Shown piece after piece: positions 61,680 through 64,000 of a DNA stretch of 64,000 bases. Every line of letters begins with the position of its first letter. Positions within the stretch are counted from its first letter, which is position 1. The position numbers and the translations under genes are program-made. Under the pieces are notes generated by a model. That model saw only the letters and a program-made list of their open reading frames with translations, did not search any database and had not been told where the DNA came from. Source of the DNA: Felis catus (taxonomy: Eukaryota); the NCBI RefSeq assembly GCF_018350175.1, contig NC_058368.1, positions 48,176,001 to 48,240,000 of the forward strand, written 5' to 3'.

Positions 61680-62970
61680 TACCCTCTCTCATCTTCTGTC
61701 TCTCACTCTCTTCCACCCTCAACTCCAGACAATTGGTAATTCATATCAATTTTACCTCCAAAATGTGTATTGACCCATCTTCTCATCTCCACAAATTTAA
61801 CTTCATCTCTCAACTGGAGTGTCCCAGAACTGGACCCTCTACCTTTGTCTTATTTTGACTCTTGATCCCCAATCTGACCTCCAAATTTTTACTTTAAAAT
61901 TTACTTTAAAAATGTAATCATGACATTTCTTTTTTGCCAAATCTTTCCATAATTCTACTAAACCAACAGATTCAAGTTCAGTCTTCATGGAATATAAAGA
62001 ACGTCCATTGCATGGCTCTTATGTAACCCCTCCAGTGTCCTATCCCACTCTCTGCCTTATTCTTTAGGCTTTCATGATGGAGAAGTGTGATTTTCCTTAA
62101 GTATAACCCTTAGACTCAGGCACACAGGGTATCTGTTTTACGATCTCTGCTTTCCAGGGGCCTGGTTCTGATGCTCTCTGGTCTTCCTCACAGATGAGCT
62201 GTCCAGGTGACTAAGGAAGAATTCACTCACAGTCTATCCTTCCTCCTTGTGAACCAGACTACTGATGTCTGCTCTCTTGAATTCCCTGGACAAATTACCC
62301 AAGGTTTGTGCTCCAAACAATAGACTATGACCTTGGGTAGGTCTGAGGTAGGCGGGCCGGGGGCAAATCTTACCACTGTTTCTGAAGAAAGGGAGGTGGA
62401 AGATGGAGCCAGGGGTGAGAAAAGAGAAAGGTAGGCTACAGGCTAAGGGCTGACTCTCTCTTCACAGTCACATTTCTAGCCTGGAATTCCAATAAGCTCC
62501 AGTATTCCCACATATAGCTTGGCCTTCTAGGATGTTATGAAGGAACATTTGTCAAGGTAGGAGGATAAAACATATGTAGCAGGGTGTTACCATGTTTTAT
62601 TACTTCTATATATTTAGACATAAGGTATGTAGCCTCCATTTTTACCCTTGCTTTGATCCCTGCAAATGTCCCCCCCACCCCCATACCATGTCTTCATGTT
62701 GTTTCCTCCTGTGGAGGACCTACTCACCATTCTTCACCTGCCCAACTCTTACACATGGTTCAAGATTCAAGTCAGTGATTGCCACCTCCAGGAAGTCTCC
62801 AGTGATTCTCAAGTGCCCCTTCCCTGTCAACGTGTGCAAATGTGAAGTTATTAATTAAGTCTCTCCTACGCTGTAAGATGAAGAACAGAGACTACATTTT
62901 ATTCATTTTGTTGTCTCATTACCATAGTGTCTGGTACATGGTGTGGGTTTAATTAAGGTTTATTGAACTG
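61680..62970 (+). mobile_element. L2 fragments (61680-62100 and 62690-62970)
   Basis: 'aattttacctccaaaat', 'gccacctccaggaagtct', 'catagtgtctggtacatggt'. Confidence 0.65.
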
Positions 62971-63055
62971 AAAACTGAAAGCAAATGGTCCATTCATAAC
63001 ACATTCAACAAGTATTTATTAAGGAATAAAATAGCACAAAGTGGGGAAGAAAATA

Positions 63056-63061
63056 TGTGTG

Positions 63062-63114
<53 letters not shown>
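63056..63114. repeat. (GT)n microsatellite, one interruption
   Basis: Direct reading. Confidence 0.95.
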
Positions 63115-63116
<2 letters not shown>

Positions 63117-63164
63117 GTAGGGGAACAGATGTGGCAAACACATCTTCCTAGGTCACATAATAGT

Positions 63165-63398
63165 AATAGTTGACATTTCTTGAACACTAACCATTTGCCA
63201 GAAATTGCACTAAGTATTTTACAGTTACAGTTAACTCTTGCAAGTCCATGAGGTAGGAACTATCATGATCTTCATTTTATAAATGAGGAAACAGAGGTAT
63301 AGAGAGGTTAAATGACTTGCCTGCAGACCCAAAGCCAGTCGGTGATAGAGCCTGGAGGGACTCCAAAGCCTGAGCTTAAACTATCAGGACATGCTGCT
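63165..63398 (-). mobile_element. MIR SINE
   Basis: 'cattttataaatgaggaaacagaggtatagagaggttaaatgacttgcc'. Confidence 0.9.
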
Positions 63399-64000
63399 TC
63401 CTGATGCCTCCTACACATATAGAGAGTAGATCCACAGTGCCTTTTTTAAAAAAAGAGGATACCAAAGGTAGCCTTCAAGGGCATGTGTCAATGTTAGCTG
63501 GAAATTAATTGCATGCACTTCAGGAATAAATATAGGAACATCTGAAATGTGTAAATAATAATAACACTGCAAAGTAAGAAGAAAAACTTGGATTAAAATA
63601 GGAAATGATAATGTACTCTGCTGCAAGTGAGCTGGGGGTGTGTCCCTAAGGAAGCTGGGAGGTCCTGTCTAGAGGCCCTCACTACAGTAGAATTTCTGGA
63701 AGCTTCATAACACAGGATGTAAGATGGGAATGTATGGGGGCTGAGTTGGTCTTCAAATCCAAAATGTAATACCAACACGAGTTTTACATTAAAATGTTTC
63801 AAGACATAAATTGTTCTTCACAACAGTGTTTCATTTAAAAGAGGAGTTGCCACGTTTCCTAAAATGATATTTAAGGCCATTTTACATGTCAACTTATTGG
63901 ATCAAATCATTATTTTTTAGTGGAATTCAGAAAACCAATTATTTTGCCATTTGGGAAAACTACATTTTATGCCAAATAAGCAGTAATATTTAGAGTGGGC

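Overview
This is mammalian nuclear DNA, almost certainly from a felid. It carries many carnivore tRNA-derived CAN-SINEs, including young felid SINEC_Fc-type copies, and L1_Fc-like LINE-1 3' ends. I recognised no host protein-coding exon, RNA gene or CpG-island promoter, so the window looks intergenic or deep intronic. Every long ORF with a recognisable product is LINE-1 ORF1/ORF2 debris, and the rest are antisense L1, SINE or microsatellite frames, or unrecognised. Much of the window is layered transposon fossils (CR1/L3, L2, MIR, MER hAT elements, MLT1 LTRs, old and young L1, SINEs), with a repeat-poor block at about 42.7-52.2 kb. I found no evidence of a new multi-gene system. The best signals are structural. 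(1) One MLT1B-like LTR is split into two halves on opposite strands with a tail-less L1 piece at the break, implying a local inversion. (2) A young SINE and a young L1 are stacked at one site, giving three copies of a 14-bp TSD. (3) There is a fold-back SINE hairpin. (4) A long L1 has an internal deletion of about 1.85 kb. (5) One homologous L1 position has repeatedly seeded microsatellites. Repeat subfamily names come from my recollection of consensus sequences, and boundaries of old elements are approximate.
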